DNA of 35,345 nucleotides, from contig JAQGDQ010001545.1 of NCBI GenBank assembly GCA_030141605.1, positions 1 to 35,345 of the forward strand. Reading direction: 5' to 3'. The DNA is from Tubiluchus corallicola. Lineage: Eukaryota; Animalia; Priapulida. A model generated the notes under the pieces. That model had not been told where the DNA came from and ran no database searches. It worked only from the letters and a program-made list of their open reading frames with translations. The translations under genes were made by a program, and so were the position numbers. Below are positions 1 through 35,345 of this stretch, piece after piece (positions within the stretch are counted from its first letter, which is position 1; every line of letters begins with the position of its first letter).

Positions 1-112
1 TATAGTATAGTATAGTATAGTATAGTATAGTATAGTATAGTATAGTATAGTATAGCATAGCATAGTATAATATAGTATATAGCATAGTATAGTAACATCT
101 TTATTTGCCATA
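1..112 (-). repeat. (TATAG)n simple repeat, probably the tail of a LINE/SINE 3' end
   Basis: Pentamer run 1-92 follows GGCAAATAAAGAT on the minus strand; the same 3' motif occurs at 5122-5135. Confidence 0.7.
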
Positions 113-527
113 ATATATTGAGAATCATAACAAAACATTAAGATGCTAAATGTTTAAAAATTGTGCACAGAAACCACAGCTAAATTGTGGTAATTGCACG
201 ATGTTTCAATAGTTTTATTGATAAAGAACGTACGTAGTTGAATTGCCGAATTATTCGAATCTATAATTTTAGGTACGAATCAAATTCGAACGTCCGAACT
301 TGAAAATTCCGATGCTCGCCTCTAATGACACGTAATGCAATCTGGATGTTGGTAAAATCCACTTCGGTTTGACTCCAAAACATCGGATAATATACCAGCA
401 GTCTCAAAAACAGCATGTCAATTTTTCTGATGCCGTGTCTTTATAAGCACTTATGAGGTTTAGCAAACTTCTACTGCAATGTTTTGAATATAATAGTAAT
501 TGTGATTTTTGCAGTAAAGTTACATCA

Positions 528-955
528 AAGGAAGACAGGACGATTTTTCATAAACTACCCCGATTCAAATTTGTTAAAAAGTAAATACATTTTAACACAA
601 TAGTACTGCAAAAGTGTTTCTGATGAATAATTTGATAGATTAAAAACTTAATTAATAGTGGGCGAGCCCAACTATTGGTGACATCACAAACTAACAGAAT
701 TTTCAACAGCAAAAATATTCCACGAGCGTGTTGCACGTGATTGCAAAAGTGAAAATTGAAGTACAGTGCTGCTGCACTAAGATATTCAGTGTGTTGCACT
801 AAAACTAGGCAAGTTTTATGATAAAAATTCAAATTTGAAATTTACCACTGTGCTCACGTATGAGCTGTCAAACGTGTGCAGTACACCACAAACTAACACA
901 TCTGAACTGAGAGGTACAAACACCTGCTTTTTGTGCAATGCGTTTCCAAAAAAAT
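528..955 (+). mobile_element. Truncated copy of the Kolobok-like non-autonomous family also at 12165-12776
   Basis: Clear alignment by eye with 12165-12580; begins AAAGGAAGACAGGACGATT. Confidence 0.6.
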
Positions 956-989
956 AAGCTTCTAAACTAATACACTGAATAGGTTGCAC

Positions 990-1286
990 AATTACTACTT
1001 GGGTGTAGGCTCGACCATAGATATCACAAATTACCTGAGTGTAGGCTCGACCATAGATATCACAAATTACCTGAGTGTGGGCTCGACCATAGATATCACA
1101 AATTACCTGAGTGTGGGCTCGACCATAGCTATCACAAATTACCTGAGTGTAGGCTCGACCATAGATATCACAAATTACTTGAGTGTGGACTCGACCATAG
1201 ATATCACAAATTACCTGAGTGTAGGCTTGACCATAGATATCACAAATTACCTGAGTGTAGGCTCGACCATAGATATCACAAATTAC

Positions 1287-1309
<23 letters not shown>
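990..1309. repeat. 36-bp minisatellite, about 9 copies, spanning the exon donor site
   Basis: Unit aattacctgagtgtaggctcgaccatagatatcaca at 1029, 1065 ... 1281, plus a degenerate copy at about 990. Confidence 0.95.
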
Positions 1310-33011
<31,702 letters not shown>

Positions 33012-33298
33012 CTGCAAAAAACACAAAATTCGTTAGTGCGTTAACGCGTTAATGTTAGGTGTTAATGCGTTAACACCTGATGTGTTAAGGTGCAGCGAAT
33101 GTGGAATTTACCATGAATTATGAATTGAATTATGAATTTATTCCACAGCAACTCAAACATACATATAAATTGATATTACATTGAAACAAAATAAACTATG
33201 CGAGTTACTGTGAGGAGGAGGAAGGAGCATTGAGCTTTCGAGTTCTCCTGCAGATAAGTGGAACAATTGACAATTAACATTACATTTTCATCAGTTAT

Positions 33299-33378
33299 AA
33301 CGGAAGGCAGTGAACGGATGCAGGAACTGGGAGATGTGTTTTCCGGGACAAAGCCTCTCACTAGAGTACAGAGAAACG
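33299..33378 (+). pseudogene. WASHC5: Duplicated 3' part of WASHC5 exon 29179-29308 ([26 protein letters not shown])
   Basis: Identical to the minus strand of 29179-29258; donor G|gtatca intact. Confidence 0.85.
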
Positions 33379-34313
33379 GTATCATTTATGCTTACGATTG
33401 ACTAAGGTCAAAGGTTAAACACATGTAATAAATTAGTTTCATCAAAGAGATAAATGAACTTAATCTCACGAATGTTGAAAATGAATATTAAAGTATTTAA
33501 GACGAGAAGAGAATTGATCGGTACTGTACGTAAATTTCCAATACACTCGTATCTCGGCTTGCCGGACCTCGCTTTTACGGATGTCCGAAAAACCGGACAA
33601 AATCTATACCGCTAAAAGTCCTGCATACTACGGACACAGGCCGTTGTTTCCCATGCTGACCGCTACTTGGAGGCCGTCACTTTTTTACATTATTACATCA
33701 GTGCAGGAAAACAAGCGTGTAACGACACGTGTAGCTTGTATGTCAGGAGTGGCCTGTACTAGACGTTTTTGAGACCGTTAAAAAGTCTCGCATTCTGAGG
33801 ATACAGTAGTCCGTTGTTTTGCGAACTGACCGCTAGTAGGGGGGACGGCCACTTTGGCTACATCATTCCATCAGTGTAAAGCCAGTGCAGAAAAATACAG
33901 AGTCAATTATGCAGAGTTGTTTGAGTCAGTTAGCATAGCATTGAGCTTTGCATAAGAGCGTGGCCTATACTAGACATTTTTGAGACAATTAGGTGAGATT
34001 GATTCTACATTACTATGAGTCTAATACACGGTGCCTTCCATTATTAGCTTATTATTGGTAAATACAGACAATTGGAAAATTCGGACTCACGGCTCCCCGC
34101 TTTTGTCCGGCAAACCAAGAAACGAGTGCATTTGCATCATTTGCAGTGTAATAGTAGCTCCTTATGTGTTTGCCCTTTTATCTTGATGTAGAGAAGTTCA
34201 ATTTGATTGCAACATGCGTTTTAGTAGCTTAATTATGAACTATTTATTTTAAAAAAAGTGGCCTACTAGTTGTAAAATTAGTTTAACCTTCTTTAATAAT
34301 AATAATAATAATA

Positions 34314-34414
<101 letters not shown>

Positions 34415-35140
34415 CTTTTTATTTATCTTGCAACACACGCACAGTTATAATACAATTAATTTGGAAACAAAAATGTGAAGAAAGGGCAGCGAAAGACCAA
34501 TTGGTCATCTAGTCAGCTGCCCTTTGGTTAGTGATGAACATTTTTTATAGGCGCTATGCTACAGTGTATTAGTGTTAGTACTGCTTATAATAAAAATTTA
34601 ATTGTTACGACAATTCTTTCTGACGAGTGTATTTAATTTCAAACAGAATACTGAATACAGAATAATTTATTTGTCTCAATAAACATAATCAACATAGCAT
34701 TAACAAATGATGTGACTGCTAAGCGAGACAGGGTGGCGAAAAGACCGAAAGGTCATCGAGTCTACCACCCTTTTACTAATTTAATAACAAAAATGTACTT
34801 AGATTAGTACTGTGAGCTATGTAAATTAAACTATAATGTAAATGTGATTTAAATTATTATATTTTATCTAAAGCATTATTCTTGTATAGCGGCAGTTGTT
34901 AGTTAGTTGTGCATGCATATGTTATACTTGCATAGCTGGATTAACCGTGTTTTACCATTCACCATTGATGTTATTCGGTTTGTTCTGGTGTTAGCTTTTG
35001 TTTTATGATGGATTAACCGTGTTTTGCCATTCACCATTGATGTTATTCGGTTTGTTGTGGTGTTAAATTTTGTTTTATGAAATCGGTTGCGACAACTTCA
35101 ATCTATTTTGCTTTCATTCAGTATTTTATTTGTGTTTTAG

Positions 35141-35253
35141 AAAATCTGCAAGCTTGGTTTACGGAAATGGCTAAGCAGATATCCTCGCTGAACTACGATG
35201 ATTCAACATCCGCTGGCAGGAAGATCGTACAACTTATTCAAGCGTTAGAAGAG
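35141..35253 (+). pseudogene. WASHC5: Duplicated complete WASHC5 exon 27302-27414
   Basis: Identical translation (ORF 35077-35271 equals ORF 27284-27478); both splice sites intact. Confidence 0.85.
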
Positions 35254-35345
35254 GTAAAAAAACTTGTGTAGTTAATGTAGTTAACATAGGCGTTAACAAC
35301 AGAGAACACATGTAAGTTAATGTAGTTAACAAACAATGTAGAACA

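Noticed and set aside
240-325. TTCGAA-rich transposon terminus (similar tracts at about 15845-15925 and 30310-30350)
   Set aside because: Too short and degenerate to define boundaries.
325-480. Next WASHC5 exon
   Set aside because: The minus-strand frames I read do not resemble the strumpellin C-terminus; the remaining exons are presumably left of the window.
33030-33090. Short palindromes (ttaacgcgttaa) near the acceptor
   Set aside because: Low-complexity or probable TE remnant with no further support.

Overview
Eukaryotic (AT-rich, probably invertebrate metazoan) genomic DNA. The window holds 18 internal coding exons of WASHC5/strumpellin (KIAA0196/SPG8) on the minus strand (33011->1287). 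All have GT-AG boundaries and chain in phase into about 788 codons, matching roughly residues 327-1111 of human strumpellin as recalled. The first and last exons lie outside the window. The introns are filled with minisatellites, MITEs (hAT-, Kolobok-, piggyBac-like and unclassified), LINE remnants (RTE, CR1/L2, Proto2/RTEX-like), a tRNA-derived SINE and a CCA-tailed tRNA-His retrocopy. Three things stand out. (1) One exon (1287-1443) has both splice sites tandemly amplified: 38 copies of the acceptor and about 9 of the donor, and only the innermost pair avoids a stop codon. (2) A >=2 kb near-identical inverted duplication of 1.6 WASHC5 exons sits on the opposite strand upstream of exon 33011 and carries a 150-bp diverged patch. 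(3) Unrelated minisatellites repeatedly start right at intron edges. Coordinates were read by hand and no database searches were run.
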